From Leucoraja erinacea (taxonomy: Eukaryota), in NCBI RefSeq assembly GCF_028641065.1, contig NC_073385.1:59768001-59832000 (forward strand): 64,000 bases of DNA. The letters run 5' to 3'. Positions 13,537 through 27,365 of this stretch are shown in pieces. Numbering within the stretch: position 1 is the stretch's first letter; every line of letters starts with the position of its first letter. Made by a program: the position numbers and the translations under genes. The notes beneath the pieces were generated by a model, which searched no databases, was not told where the DNA came from, and worked only from the letters and a program-made list of their open reading frames with translations.

Positions 13537-13810
13537 ACACACCCATCCAACCTGCACACACCCATCCAACCTGCACACACCCATCAACCTGCACACACCC
13601 ATCAACCTGCACACACCCATCAACCTGCACACACCCATCAACCTGCACACACCCATCCAACCTGCACACACCCATCAACCTGCACACACCCATCCAACCT
13701 GCACACACCCATCAACCTGCACACACCCATCAACCTGCACACACCCATCCAACCTGCACACACCCATCAACCTGCACACACCCATCAACCTGCACACACC
13801 CATCAACCTG
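13537..13810. repeat. Minisatellite (CACACACCCATC[C]AACCTG)n, 18-19-bp unit, about 15 copies
   Basis: Directly visible tandem array. It explains the NLHTPI and DGCVQV repeat ORFs. Confidence 0.92.
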
Positions 13811-15759
13811 GACACCGCCCTTCATTTCCCTATGAACTGTTGCATTTATTTCTGTAAGATATCCTACCAAAGATAAAGCTGAGTGCCATGCTGGGTGGTC
13901 CAGAACGCGGTTAAACATCAACTTCAGCGCTACTGTCCTGCTGCCACATGGAAGAAGACAAAAACATGAGAGAAGGGGCAAGCGAGAATGTGGAACGAGG
14001 AGGCCAAGGTTTACATTACATGTGCTTTTACCTCGTCCTGGCCCTCCGTCCATGGACCCAGCCTCTCCGGTTGAAACACTGATTCGCTTGGAATTAAGTC
14101 GACTGCAGTTCCCTCGACCATGGAGAAATAGCGTTTCACTGTTTATCTGACAGCTTTGCCTGCCGTACACATGCAGAGGCAGCTCAATGCTTCCCGTTAC
14201 CTGCCACACTGTAATTCTGAATCGAACTGCCACGGTGTACTATCGGTCTGTGACCCCCTTCGCTGTTATAAAGTGGCCCCGCGTAAGCTTGAGAAACAGT
14301 GTTCCATCTTGCCACAACCTTCCATGCTCAATATCAACAGCTTCATTTGCCTTCTCCGTTTGTACCAGAACGAACCAGTTCTGCCGCAGACCCGTAAGTC
14401 CTCCCGGCAGCTGTGCATTTCGCAGTTTCACCATTATTTGGTTTGGAGTCTGAGAGAGATGCGGCGCGGAAGCAGGACCTTGTTCTCACCGCATGTGTGT
14501 TCTCTATATAACCAAATACCATCATAATCAGCAGGGCAGAACTGGGATCACTCTGACAGAGATGCTCTGCGAGTCGCATGCTCCGCTCCCCCATCCTTTC
14601 TGCAACTGAAAACAAACTCGTTTACTGCTTCCAGGTTCCACCGAGGGGTTCTCGACATTAAACATTGGGTTGTTTTTCTCTGCGCAGATCCAACTTAATT
14701 TCATATTTTGTGTTTCGGAAGCTGGCCGTTTGGCTCGATGGTTAAATGCCATCACTCTGTGCAATAGTCCCGGTACTCTCTCCCCTTTCTCTCCATGCCC
14801 CCTTCACAAATGCCCGCCAGCGCCCTTTTGATTCATTTTCTTGCCTCACTGGGTAACGAGTTGCAGCGGCAGTAAACCCGGCTAACGTATCCTTAGAAGT
14901 TGGGAGGAAAGCGGACCATCCGGATGTAACCCACACACACGAAAGTAAGGGTCACGGTATTGGCGTGACTGACGAAGGTTGTAGCAGGTTTGAGAAGTCC
15001 CATGGACTAATCAATCCTCCTGTTCTTTATGTCGCCTGGAATGAGATTTAATTCATAAAATCCGCTTGGTTCTTCCCCGAATAACCTCACCGCTGAGGGC
15101 CACCTATAGAATCAACGTTTCATGAGATTTCTTTAAATTGAGCCGAATTGATGCCCGCACGATGGAATTTTATCCCAGTGAATTATCGCAGCTATGTAAT
15201 GTTTATGTGATTTATAAAATAGATTGTCAATATTTATCTGACTATACTTCATTAATTTAATCGCTGTCGTCGTTTTAGGTGGAATGGGTTGCAAATGTAT
15301 GACTCTCTCCTCCCCTCTCTCCTCTCTCTCTCTCACACACGCACAAAAGCTCCTGATCACTTTATTTATTTATTTATTGCTATGAATCAACCCGTCTCGT
15401 TTCCCGAGTCCGGTACGTGTTTATTGCCAACTGAGGAATGAACGGGTTTCACGATTTTCTGGAGTGCAAACAATAGATTTGGCTTTGGGCCATAAAATCA
15501 TCCGACGAATTTGAGCGGCGTTTCTCCCAGTTGTAAGACCGGTACACTCTCAAGGTGATCAAATGATGCAATTTATTTGAAGCGCCACACATTTTAACGC
15601 GCCCTCACTCGTTTTGCGGTGCCTTTGCGCGGTTGAAACGATGCGCTGCTTTTCTGCATGGAGATACCGGTGATTCTCTCTCTCTTAAATCCTAGATAAA
15701 CCCCAGTGGAGCGGACTCGTGGAACTGCAACTGAAAGGAAACGGTCGTAATCCGCGAAC

Positions 15760-15885
15760 ATGTCCACCACTGAAGATAAAATAAAAAATGTGGAGGTGAA
15801 AGATTATGACTATTGTGGACACACGATGAAGATTAGTCTGTTTAAAGAATCATCCTTAGGCGTCTCTGCTTACGTATGGGGACCA
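15760..15885 (+). CDS. EEF1AKMT3: EEF1AKMT3/METTL21B-like lysine methyltransferase, paralogue A, coding exon 1 (42 codons)
   Basis: ATG at 15760. Translates MSTTEDKIKNVEVKDYDYCGHTMKISLFKESSLGVSAYVWGP, matching the family's F/Y-x-FCGH-x-L-x-I...LGVAA-x-VW segment. Donor CCA|GTAAGT at 15886, phase 0. Confidence 0.9.
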
Positions 15886-18084
15886 GTAAGTGCAATGGTC
15901 TGTTACACACACAATCCTGACATTGTTTTTGCAAATGTTCGTGCATCCTTTGGCCGCATTGGCTTGTGTTGGGGGTAGGTATAGGTGGCAAGTACGCGGT
16001 GTCCGGAAGTTGCTCCAGCTTTGATTTTGGGACAGTGTGACATCACTCCCTCGGTGGGGAGTGAGGCTCCTTTTGCGGTTGAGGATTTTCAAATAGCGTG
16101 TCAATGCCCTTTCCCCAGCCTTATTGCAACCGAGGTACATTCGGGTTCAGGGAGAGACGCTGAATATTTCTCGGGTTGGATTGTAAAAAGAGTCTTCATT
16201 TAATTACCACACAGCAAGCCCAACACGCGATGGGAAATTTGAAGGAGACCTGGAAGGTGTATCAATGAGGGACACACTTTGCTCACAATTATTATAATTC
16301 AGGGTTGGAATAGGCATCGTTATGGAAAAGACAAAGGCTGGTTTGGTGGCACAGCTAGTAGAGCTGATGCCTCACAGCTTCAGCCACCCGGGTTCGATCC
16401 TACCCCTGTGTTGTTTGCGTGGAGTTTGCACGTTCTTCTTGTGGCCGCGTGTGTTTCCCCCGGGCGCACCGGTTTGGAGTCATGGGGCTATAGAACCTAG
16501 ACACAGGGCCTTGGATACAATTTGTCCGATCCGACCAAGGTGTCTATCTCAGCTGGTTCCCTTGGCCTGCCTTTGGCCCATGTTAAATGACAACCTAAAG
16601 CGTGTGAAGTTAGAAAATCTCTCGGGCCTGATTGGATATAACGAGGATACCATGGGAAGCGAGGCGAGGGGGTAAGTCGGATTAGATTTAAAATAAGTTA
16701 CTGATGAGGGTTAACTGAAAACAACTGCTTGAAGATAAATCAAACATAAAGCAGCAGGTGTGGACGAGATCAGCAGAGAACCGGGAATTATTGAGGAATT
16801 CGCTAAGGTTCAAAACAGGTTAATTATTATGCCTATAGGAAGCACACCCCAGGGCCTTTAAGGTATTAGAAAAAGAATAAGTGAAGGTTTTGACCAAATA
16901 TTTTCTTGAAGCTGAAGGACTTGTCGCCCATTTTTACTGAGACTTTGGAGTTTACTTCCACTGATACCGGCAACCTGAACAACAGGGAGATAAGGTGATG
17001 GGATAAAAACCATGTACAATACTTCCCTTGACCTGGCAGTACTTCCCGTGAAGGTGTAACAGTAATGAGGTCGCGTTGTATAAAACAGTACGCGTGTGAA
17101 CGCAATTCCGACTGGCATATCTGTCGCGATGTAAAACCTTCCGACTTCATCACTGTTACTAAGTGCAGCAATAGTCTAGACACCAAGTGAAAAAAATCCA
17201 AGTTCCAGGCCGTTCTTGGGGACGAGGAGGTAAGAGGTGGGTGGGGGTGGGTGGGGGGAGGAGGTGAAGGGCAGAGGCGTCCCGTCTGCCAAACATGTTT
17301 ATAAAAGCGATTTGCAAAACAAAGGAAAACTACTTCAGAGTTTGGCGGACTTTCATTATGTTGGCTGGGGTGGGAGATTGCAACCTTCACTGTTTCGACG
17401 AATGCAATCGTGCACAAACGGAAGACAGTGCACAAACGGAAGATCAAACAGAACAAGTTGTCTTACAACTTGAGGCTGTGCACGCCATACGCAAGAAGAA
17501 ATAGATTATAGGTAGACAAAAGCGCTGGAGAAACTCAGCGGGTGCAGCAGCATCTATGGAGGGAAGGAAATAGGCAACGTTTCGGGCCGAACCCCTTCTT
17601 CAGACTGGCTACCTTCGATTTTCCAGCATCTGCTGTTCCTTCTTAAACAAGAAATGGATTATGTTGGCTGTTTATCCTTGGTAGCGGAGTATAGGTGGAG
17701 TGTATGGGGGTGGAGTTGGAGGCTGGTTTGTAACGAGCCCTTGCTTTCCCTTCGCAGCTCTCTGGAAATTTTTGAGCAAGTTGTGATGCGCCCCGATAGG
17801 ATGTTATCTGTGGTGCATCTGCAGATGTTGACAAGAGTCATTGGAACTATGTTCCCATGGTTTCTGGGGTTGAAACTCATTGTTTCATTCCAACTGCCTT
17901 TCCAACTGCAGGGCCTTTAGCCCGTGAAGCGTATTTATAATGTACTTTTGCATTTTGCTTTTACTTTTTAGTCTGATTTGCATTGTGCTTTCACAGAGAA
18001 CAATGCTTGAGTGCTGAATGAAGATATTGGTAAAAATGCTTCACGGAACGCGGCTTTCCGTCACATTTCTCTCGTCGCTTTTAA

Positions 18085-18420
<336 letters not shown>

Positions 18421-18780
18421 TAGCTCTTCATTTACATTTTCTAGCCCATCCCCAGAGTTTACCTCGCTCAACTTGCTGTCCAAATAACCGTGCGCGGTGC
18501 CTATCTATGTATTCACTCTTTATCATGCCAATGATATGTAGTTTAGTTTAGTTTAGTTTAGTTTATTATTGTCATGTGTACCGAGATACAGTGAACGTTT
18601 TTTGTTTCCGCGCTATCCCGTCAAAGGATAGACTAAGCACGAATGCAATCAAACAGACGACAGTGCGCATGTAAAGGATAATGGTACATCATTTAGTGTA
18701 AGACACAAAACATTTAAATATTTTAAAGTTTGTTTAATTAATTCCTTAATTATGTCACCCCTTCTTCTCCTCTTATTGCA

Positions 18781-19229
18781 TATTTATCCTCTATCAGTGT
18801 ATGCTTAGTAAACCGATTATTACCAATATAATAATATTATGGAGTCACTGGAAGGGAGGTTGTTTTGTTTACTTGTCTGGGCTACGTCTCGGCTACGTCC
18901 GGGGTACGTCTGGGCTACGTCCACAACTCTTTGCAATTTCTTGCTGCCTTGGATGGAGCTGTTCCCAAACCAGGCTGTGATGCATTCTGATAAAATGCTT
19001 TCTACGGCGCATTCGTAGAAGTTGGCGAGGGTTGTTGCTGACATGCCGAACTTTCTAAGCCTTGTAAGGAAGTAGAGAGGTTGCCGTGCTTTCTTGGCTA
19101 CAGCATCGATGTGGCTGGTCCAGGACAAATGACTAGTGGTATTTATCACTATATCATATTGGTCATATCACCATATTATTATATTGGTAATAATCGGTTT
19201 ACTAAGCATACACTGATAGAGGATAAATA
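18781..19229. repeat. Perfect 57-bp inverted repeat bracketing the Rex1 fragment
   Basis: 18781-18837 is the exact reverse complement of 19173-19229. Confidence 0.9.
18845..19150 (-). mobile_element. Rex1/Babar-type LINE fragment
   Basis: Reads LSWTSHIDAVAKKARQPLYFLTRLRKFGMS...FYECAVESILS.CITAWFGN...KLQRVV. Confidence 0.8.
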
Positions 19230-21059
19230 AGCAATGACCATTTTCAACAAATTTAAAGATAAATTATCCATCCTTGTGGCCTTGCCACCAACATCAACAG
19301 TGGAGACAGCCAACATCAATATTCTGCAGATCACAATTGCCCGGAAGGTCCCTTACAATAAGCACCAGTTCCTAATACAGAGACAGGGATAGACAGCGAT
19401 ATATTATTCAACCGGATGAGTTCTTCGCGTTCATCTTTCACTCTTTTTTTTTCCTCTTCCGCGTTTTCTTAAATATTAGATCAATTTCACCCTTTGCTAC
19501 AATACCTCAAATAGTTCACATCTGATTTTATTTTTTTTTTACATTCAAGGGTGTTTAATCCGAGACTATTTAATACTCCGAATTTTTAAACCGCGGCATT
19601 TGCTAGGATACTCCACTGTTAACCGCACCAAAGGTAAAACTATCTTTCGGAATTTAAAGTGTCCAACACTGTAGCAGGTGCCGAACCTGATCGTTCTGCC
19701 ATACCTTGTACCCCTTGGTATTCCAGCCTTCTTGAAATGGAGGGAAACGTTCCAGAAGCCCTCGAAGTTATTTTTTAGAATTTGTTCGTTGAGCTTTAAT
19801 GATTATTGAGCATGAATTATTCAATCACTTTCCCAGTTGACAATTCCAAACTTCTTAATATCATTCCATATAATTACCCACATCTTTCTTGGATTCGGGT
19901 TGACGTCATACCGCCGAAAATGTTAACTGTTTCTCTTTTCTTGGATGCTGTATGACGAGTGTGCTAATATTTTATCTTTTTCTTAATTCAATTACATTCA
20001 CGGCAACCTCCGTTGAAATGAACCTCCCAAGGTCGTGACTACTCAATCTACATTCAGTTATATTGTTTACCAGAATATTCGTTATTGGTTTTCTCCGATC
20101 TGTTAATGTTTGTCTATTTGCTCTTACAGTCAATACTTTCATATCGAATGTTCATCGCAGCTGACCTTAATCACTGTTTGAAACCAGTAGCATTGTAGTA
20201 TAGCTGGTAGACTTGCTTGCCTCACAGCGCAAGAGAATCGGGTTCCTTCCTAACTTCCGATGCTGCTAGTGTGGAGTTTGCACGCTCCATTTGTAAACCC
20301 GTGGGTTTCCTCTGTGTCCTCCAGATCCCTCCCATGTCACAAAGAAGTGCGGGATTGTAGGCTAATCGGCCGCTGTAAATTGACTCGTATGTTTCGGGAA
20401 TGGATGAGAAAATGTAATAACACAGAACTAGTCTGGAAGAGTGATGGATGGCCGTCGTGGGCACGGTGGTAGTTTCAACGCCGTATGTCCATAGCTAAAA
20501 CTAAAACTAAAAACTAAATGGTATCTTTCTATTCTTGTCGCAAATTATATCAATTCGCTGCTGTAGTTGTAATTTGTTCTGCATACGCTCACGATTCTAC
20601 TAACTGAGCACATTCCTCTAGTTACCCTTCCTCATACACCCGTGTGCTTTCACTTCAGCCAACTACGGCGAGTGATCACATTTATGGGGATACTGGTGGC
20701 CTTCCCTCCCATGTTAAACTGCCAGCAGTGGAAACCCAGATGCACGTTCTCCTTGCTTCGGGCATTCAAATTAATTGTTATGTCTATTTCATCACCGATA
20801 AAAATGTATCTTCTTAATCAAACGTCAACGATGGCATATTTGCCGTATTCACAGTCATCTGCTAACAAATCTCACATACACACTGAATGATACGGTATTG
20901 GTTTATTATGGAGACGTTATTGTCCCTCCAAATGCCCTTGCGAGAATAATGCCACTTGAGGAACAGCATTTGTACATGTATTATGTTGCGACGTTATGAA
21001 AAGTAACTACTGAAAAAGCAGGATCAGTAATGATGTTTACGATGTTATTATTTTGCCAG

Positions 21060-21439
21060 GCGGGGATGTCACTCTGACGGACAAACCGTACGTTATGAAG
21101 CAACTCGAATACAATGTCTCTGCCAACATTCCTCCCGATGCCAAACACCGGATCAAAATCAGCCCTTTGCTTTGGGGGACTGATCAGAAAAATTACCCAA
21201 ACGATTTCGATTTCATCCTGGGCTCAGATCTCGTGTACTGCCCAGTGCAATTTCCCTGCCTCTTCCAGACACTGAGAGACCTCTGCGGCCCCAACACGGT
21301 CATTTACTTGTCTACTGATATGAAGTACAGAGAGGGGTCGGTCGACTTCCACGAGACCCTGTTGCCAGAGCAGTTTAACAGCGAGGTCGTCAATACAAGC
21401 AGAAGTAATTGCATTTACAAAGTGACCAAAAAGCACTGA
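21060..21439 (+). CDS. EEF1AKMT3: Paralogue A, terminal coding exon 3
   Basis: Acceptor ttattattttgccag|G, phase 1. Reads GDVTLTD (post-I), LLWGTD, FDFILGSDLVY (DxxY motif of family-16 KMTs), then stop TGA 21437-21439. The spliced ORF is 618 nt (205 aa) with no disruption. Confidence 0.93.
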
Positions 21440-22159
21440 GCACCAGTTTCTGACGTAAAGTCAGGAAGCACACACACAAAGTTCACTATTTTGCTTCAAA
21501 GCAACTTTCCGCTCCGTCCTATTCCCCTTCGTTGATCAGGTTTTCCCAAATAATTTATGATTCTTATTGTTATAATCTATTAATATATTTAAACAACTCG
21601 TTTTTAATAAGAGGATGGGAATACAATTAGAACAATCCACAAAGAGTCGCGTTCCGAGTAACCACTAACACATCATTTCACCAGAGCCATGTAATTCTCA
21701 GATGCTACCGCCACTGTGTTACCGCAATAGTATAAGATGCCAAAGTAGATATCATTCTAAGGTAGACACAACATGCTGGAGTAACTCAGCGGGACAGGCA
21801 TTATCTCTGGAGAGAAGGAATGGGTGACGTTTCGGGTCGAGACCCTTCTTCCTTGTGTCTACCTTCGATTTAAACCAGCATCTGCAGATCTTTCCTGCAT
21901 GTAGATATCATTTTGTTCCATATCAATCCCGAACTGACACCAGGACTGTGAGAAAGTGTATCGTACCAACTAACGTAAGGTGTACATTATGTATGCTATT
22001 ATTAATGTATTCTACTATTCTCACTAAACGGCGCGTGGGTGGATTTCCATCATGGTTAATATCGGAAAGGTATCTTTAATTATCGAGTAATGTATTTAAT
22101 TCTGGAACGTTATGACCCCCGCGGATTTAAACCTTCAAGACAGTATGTTCGTTTCATTT

Positions 22160-22410
22160 ACACATAGATACATAGTTACATAGAAAATAGGTGCAGGAGT
22201 AGGCCATTCGGCCCTTCGAGCCTGCACCGCCATTCAATATGATCATGGCTGATCATGCAACTCAGTATCCCGTACCTGCCTTCTCTCCATATCCCCTGAT
22301 CCCTTTAGCCACAAGGGCCACATCTAACTCCCTCTTAAATATAGCCAATGAACTGGCCTCAACTACCTTCTGTGGCAGAGAGTTCCAGAGATTTACCACT
22401 CTCTGTGTGA
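22160..22410 (-). mobile_element. CR1 3' tail fragment
   Basis: Same gaatggcctactcctgcacctattttctatg tail and VVNLWNSLPQ coding end as the other CR1 copies. Confidence 0.8.
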
Positions 22411-24694
22411 ATAGTCGTTTGAACGTCCTTAGTGGAAAGTGGAATTAATAAAACCAATCAGGCTAGAAATTGACCTGGTTAAGTGGCTGGCGATGCATTA
22501 AACTCACGGGAGTTTGCAGTTTCTGGACACTCGGCCAGTGTCCTTTCACCCACTGCCTCTGCCGAAACTCGCTGAAGTGAAAGCAACAGATCTAGTTCTG
22601 CAAAGGCGATACACTCTGATTATGTTTCTTTCTAAAGAGCAGCATGGGATGTTTACATTTGTCCAAGGGATAACTATCCTGAGGGGGCGGGGGGTCATTT
22701 TGATCGAAGGAAATCGTATAACTGGGATGGAAGTGAACTGGTTGGCCTCAGATTATGGCTACAACACCATATAATTCAGTTATAGCCCACACGGGACAAT
22801 CCGAACAAAATGGACCTGGAAGCGCGGAATAAATCATTATTACTTTGCATTTCTTTTTCCAAAAGATACGCGGTTTCGTATAAACCATTGCCCGTAAAAT
22901 GTGAACTATATGAATCCAATAAATTGTCACAATATACAAATTGATGTAAAGAGTTCATCGTTTATTTTATCGCTTTCATCGTTTATCAGTTATCGGAGAA
23001 CAGACTCGTGCAATCGCCAGAAAGAGTACTATGATCTCGTATATCCGTAATGATATGAATCTAAATATCTACGTGCGCAACTACTGAAAAATCTCGTAAT
23101 AGATTGAATTACGCAGAACGTAGAATAGATCAGCACAGGAACAGTGTGCAGTTTTCATGCCGCATATGATACCAAATTAAATTAATCTCTTCTGCCTGCA
23201 CTTAATTCATATTCCTCCAGTCCCTGCCTACCATGTGCCTGCATAAAACCCCCTTCAACGTTACAATCGTCTCTGCTTCCACCACCACCCCCGAGCAATG
23301 TGTTACAGGCACCCAGTACCCCCTTGCCCGCATGTCTCCTTCAAACTGTCAATCTCATAATGAAGCTACGCCCTTTAGTCTTTGACATATCGACCATAGG
23401 AAATAATATTCTGTGTGTCCGATTTATGCCTCCCATCATTTTATATACTTCTATCAGGTTTCCCTCAACCTCTGGGTTCCAGAAAAAAACCAATGCAAGT
23501 CTGTCCAATCTTTCCTTAAAACTAGTACCCTCTAATCCAAGGTAGACAAAAATGCTGGAGAAACTCAGCTGGTGAGGCAACATCTACGGAGCGAAGGAAA
23601 TAGGCGACGTTTCGGGTCGAGACTCTTCTTCAGACTCTAATACAAAATGCTTAAAATACAATTTGGTCATACGGCAGGTAAATTTGAAAGACATATAAAT
23701 CGCGGGGTTAAATATGCCTAGACATATTTTCCCACTAAGGTTCGCATTACGATGGTCATACAGTTCTGTTTCATTTATTCATTTATCTGCCCTAGACTGA
23801 AAGAATATATAGTGGACGGAGCAGGTGCAACTGAAATCTGCAAAATTATTTTTTAGATTTTAAAGGATTAATCCAAATGCAAAACGCCACAGAAAAGGAG
23901 TAGGCGACGTTTCGGGTCGAGCCCCTTGAGACTAAGAGACCCTTCATTGGACGTCGTCTATTCCTTTACTCCAGAGATGCCCCCAGACTCGCTGAGCTAC
24001 TCCAGCATTTTGTGCCTGTGATTGGAAAAGCTATCTGGTGCAAACGCCAGCTGTAATGATGCAGGGTGATTTCTCTAGAATTAATATTGCTTGTCCCAGT
24101 CCATCAACGGTAGGACTGTGGGGCTTCCACATAATATGGGCGCACTTTGCTCTGCTTTCGGATGATCAAGGTACACGTTAATGCACACACTTCTGATGAA
24201 GCTTTTCTTCTTTCCACACATGCTGACTGAGCATTTGCATAATTTTCTATGTTATAATAAATCACAAATGCTGGCAAACAACGAGAAAAGTGTGCATCAT
24301 TGGTTTTGTGGAAAGAGGCAAAGGCGCCACTAGTTATTCTCTGAGACCACATCCAAAGATCCAGCTCAATAAAACAAAACCAAAGATAAAAACAAGCAAC
24401 GCCAGTCCGCACTACTATAGTTTAAGATTTATTATTTGCATTACAACGCAATTAATATTTACAAATAACAAACGAGCAATAGACTGTGGCTATTTCGGAT
24501 ATTCTACAGAACAATCAAAACTGAATTAGTACACAGTATTGGTCCATAAATAACGTCCCACTTTTAGCAGGCGATGTTTGTGTGGTAATGTGCTTTGGCA
24601 GAACGACCCACTGCTTGGAAACATATCGCTCGCATCTTCTAGTGCTTGTACAATAGAGGGAAAGGAGCAGGCCGGCAGATATTTAATCTCCAGG

Positions 24695-25093
24695 CATCTC
24701 TGGAGGGACCTGCAAATAGCTGTGCATCGGCGCTCCCCATCCAACCTGACAGAGCTTGAAAGAATCTGCAGAGAAGAATGGGAGAAATTACCCAAATACA
24801 GGTGTGCCAAGCTTGTAGCGTCATACCCAAGAAGACTTGTGGATGTGATCGCTGCCAAAGGCGCTTCAACAAAGTACTGAGTTAAAGGTCTGAATACTTA
24901 AGTAAATGTGATATTTCAGTTATTTATTTTGAATTACTTTGCAAAAATGTCTAAACACCTGTTTTCGCTTTTTTAATTATGGGGTATTGTGCGCGGTTTG
25001 ATGATAAAAAATGAATTTAATCAATTTTAGAATAAAGCTGTAACACAAAATGTGGAAAAAGTGAAGGGGTCTGAATACTTTCTGAATGCACTG
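24695..25093 (+). mobile_element. Tc1/mariner transposon 3' fragment (transposase C-terminus and right TIR)
   Basis: Reads HLWRDLQIAVHRRSPSNLTELERICREEWEKLPKYRCAKLVASYPRRLVDVIAAKGASTKY*. An IR/DR-type end follows, with repeated ggtctgaatactt, terminating in CACTG|TA. Confidence 0.88.
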
Positions 25094-26505
25094 TATATTA
25101 GAAAAACAAGTCAACGGGAACTTCCGTTTGTCGTATTCAGTGTCAACATGGACAGATTCATTCGAGGCACCCAATTACACTTTATGTCATTGCATTCAAT
25201 AACAAACCATATTGTAGTCAGAATTCTGGGAATTAGCAGTAATCGGTATTTATTTTAGACCAGACAATTGCAACTCCAATCACAAAGCTACCGGGTCTGT
25301 CAGATGCTTCGTCAAACAAGCAGCTTCATCGTCAGATAGAAACATAGAAACATAGAAATTAGGTGCAGGAGTAGGCCATTAGGCCCTTCGAGCCTGCACC
25401 GCCATTCAATATGATCAAGGCAATATGATCATATGATCTTGCAATGAGTGAAATAATAGTCTAATGTTTAGAATTAGGAGAAAGCGTAGAAGTCGGGATG
25501 GGGGGAAGAGATGAAGGCGAAAGTGGATTAGTTGGTCCGCCTAGTGGCCGCACCCTGTCTAATAATGAATTTGGGTTAAGTTATAACGGCCAGTTGCAAC
25601 ATTTTGAAACCCATGTGAAAATGTTCCGGGTGCTTTTAATCTACGGGGCCTTCAAAAGTTTTGTTAAATATTTTAGCTTTGGCAGCATAAATAACTGTCG
25701 ACGCAAATCTGAGTCAATGGCGTAGTGAGAAGTGTCATTAATATTGCAACAGGGTAAGGTGAGAATTTAAGATTTACACAAAAAGCTGGAGTAACTCAGC
25801 GGGCCCGGCATCATTTCTGGAGAAAAGGACCGAGAGTCAGGGGAAAGGGAAACGAGAGATATAGATGGCGATATAGAGAGAGATATAAAACAAATGAATT
25901 AAATATATGCAAAAAAGTAACGATGATTAGGAACGGTGGAGCCCACAATGGTCCATTGTTGGCTGTGGGCTAGATGATAACGAGTTAAGCAGACAGTGAA
26001 ACTCAACAGGACGTCAGTGAAACTAGTACAACGACTAGAGTGGGGGAGGGACTGAGAGATAATTTAAATTGTGTCTTTGTAGACGTGAGCATTTGCTTGA
26101 CACTGAAACGTAACTCACTTGCTCTTATTGAATCAAAGAATGGTGTATTTTAAAGGAAGCTTATCTGTATAGAACGCAAATTAATGTAAAGCCCCGCTAT
26201 GAAACGTCAGATTACGGCCTACCCGGGGCGGAATTGAAGAATAATTACGGACATAGTTACATAGTTTTCATGTCGATGGCCCACCCCAAATGTTAGCAAA
26301 GAATAGCAGATACGGTAAATGTAAAATAAAAAGAGAAAATTCTGGAAACGCTCATGAGATCGGGCAGCATCCGTGGGAAAATGTACATAAACTCTGTTTC
26401 TCTTCCCTCAAAAAGATGACCGACCGTTACCAGCAATTTGCTTTTTTATATCTAGCTTCAATATTGCTGGTAAGCTGTTTGCCCATCCCTCTATCTGAAA
26501 TGATC

Positions 26506-26903
26506 TCATTCCGCCTCTGGGAGTTCTTTTTTTTTGGTCAATTTGTAAATGTTATTGTTCCCGCTTATGTGAATTAACTCGCAATTAAACTGCCCCGGCA
26601 GCATTTCTTGGTGGAAGTTGGTGGCTCCGTCTCTGGCTGTCATGTTAGAACACATGTAAACTATAGTTTGCTCGTTGCAAAGGTGCCGAAGTGTTTGCAA
26701 AAGATCTACAAAATGGGCAGGGTTGTACACAATGTCCGATCCCAGAATTAAATCGAAGTCGGATGGATAGTTGTTCTGATCAGTGCCCCATGCAAGAGCA
26801 CTGATTTTGGAGCGGTGCCTTGAGCTGGGTGGGATGTTTGCAGTTACGTTGTATTCTATTTGTTTCAAAACGTATGGTCTGTCCGTCAGGGTGACATCGC
26901 CGC
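26506..26903 (-). CDS. EEF1AKMT3: Paralogue B, terminal coding exon 3
   Basis: Acceptor ttttccttcctcag|GC. Reads GDVTLTDRPYVLKQIEYNV...ALAWGTD...DLILGSDIVY...IYKLTKKKELPEAE*. The spliced ORF is 642 nt (213 aa). Confidence 0.93.
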
Positions 26904-27232
26904 CTGAGGAAGGAAAACATCAAACAGCGGTCATCGTTTGATTCCAGCATGAATGTGCGGGACAGTTAGAATGTCCCTCCTCTCCCCTGACATCAATCTG
27001 AAGAAGGGTCTCGACCCGAAACCTCACCCATTCCTTCTCTCCAGAGATGCTGCCTGTCCCGCTATTGCAGTTATGCTGTGTCTACCTTCGATTTAAACCG
27101 ACATCTGTAGTTCTTTCCTACACGAACCCTGAAGGCTTGGTGAGATGTAAGGGTGTAGTTACCGAATTTCAATAAGATATAGACAGGCTGCTGGAAGGGG
27201 AAAATGGGAAACAGATGAAATTTACTGCTGAG

Positions 27233-27365
27233 TGTTTAAGAAGGAACTGCAGATGCTGGAAAATCGAAGGTACACAAAAATGCTGGAGAAACTCAGCGGG
27301 TGCAGCAGCATCTATGGAGCGAAGGAAATAGGCAACGTTTCGGGCCGAAACCCTTGTTCAGACTC
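27233..27365 (-). mobile_element. Short Penelope-terminal-repeat element with TSD
   Basis: TSD AATTTACTGCTGAG at 27219-27232 and 27366-27379. Inserted into an older CR1 fragment. Confidence 0.75.

Noticed and set aside
13468-13876. Repetitive ORFs (NLHTPI)n and (DGCVQV)n, and a CRISPR-like appearance
   Set aside because: These are by-products of an 18-19-bp minisatellite. There are no unique spacers and the context is eukaryotic.
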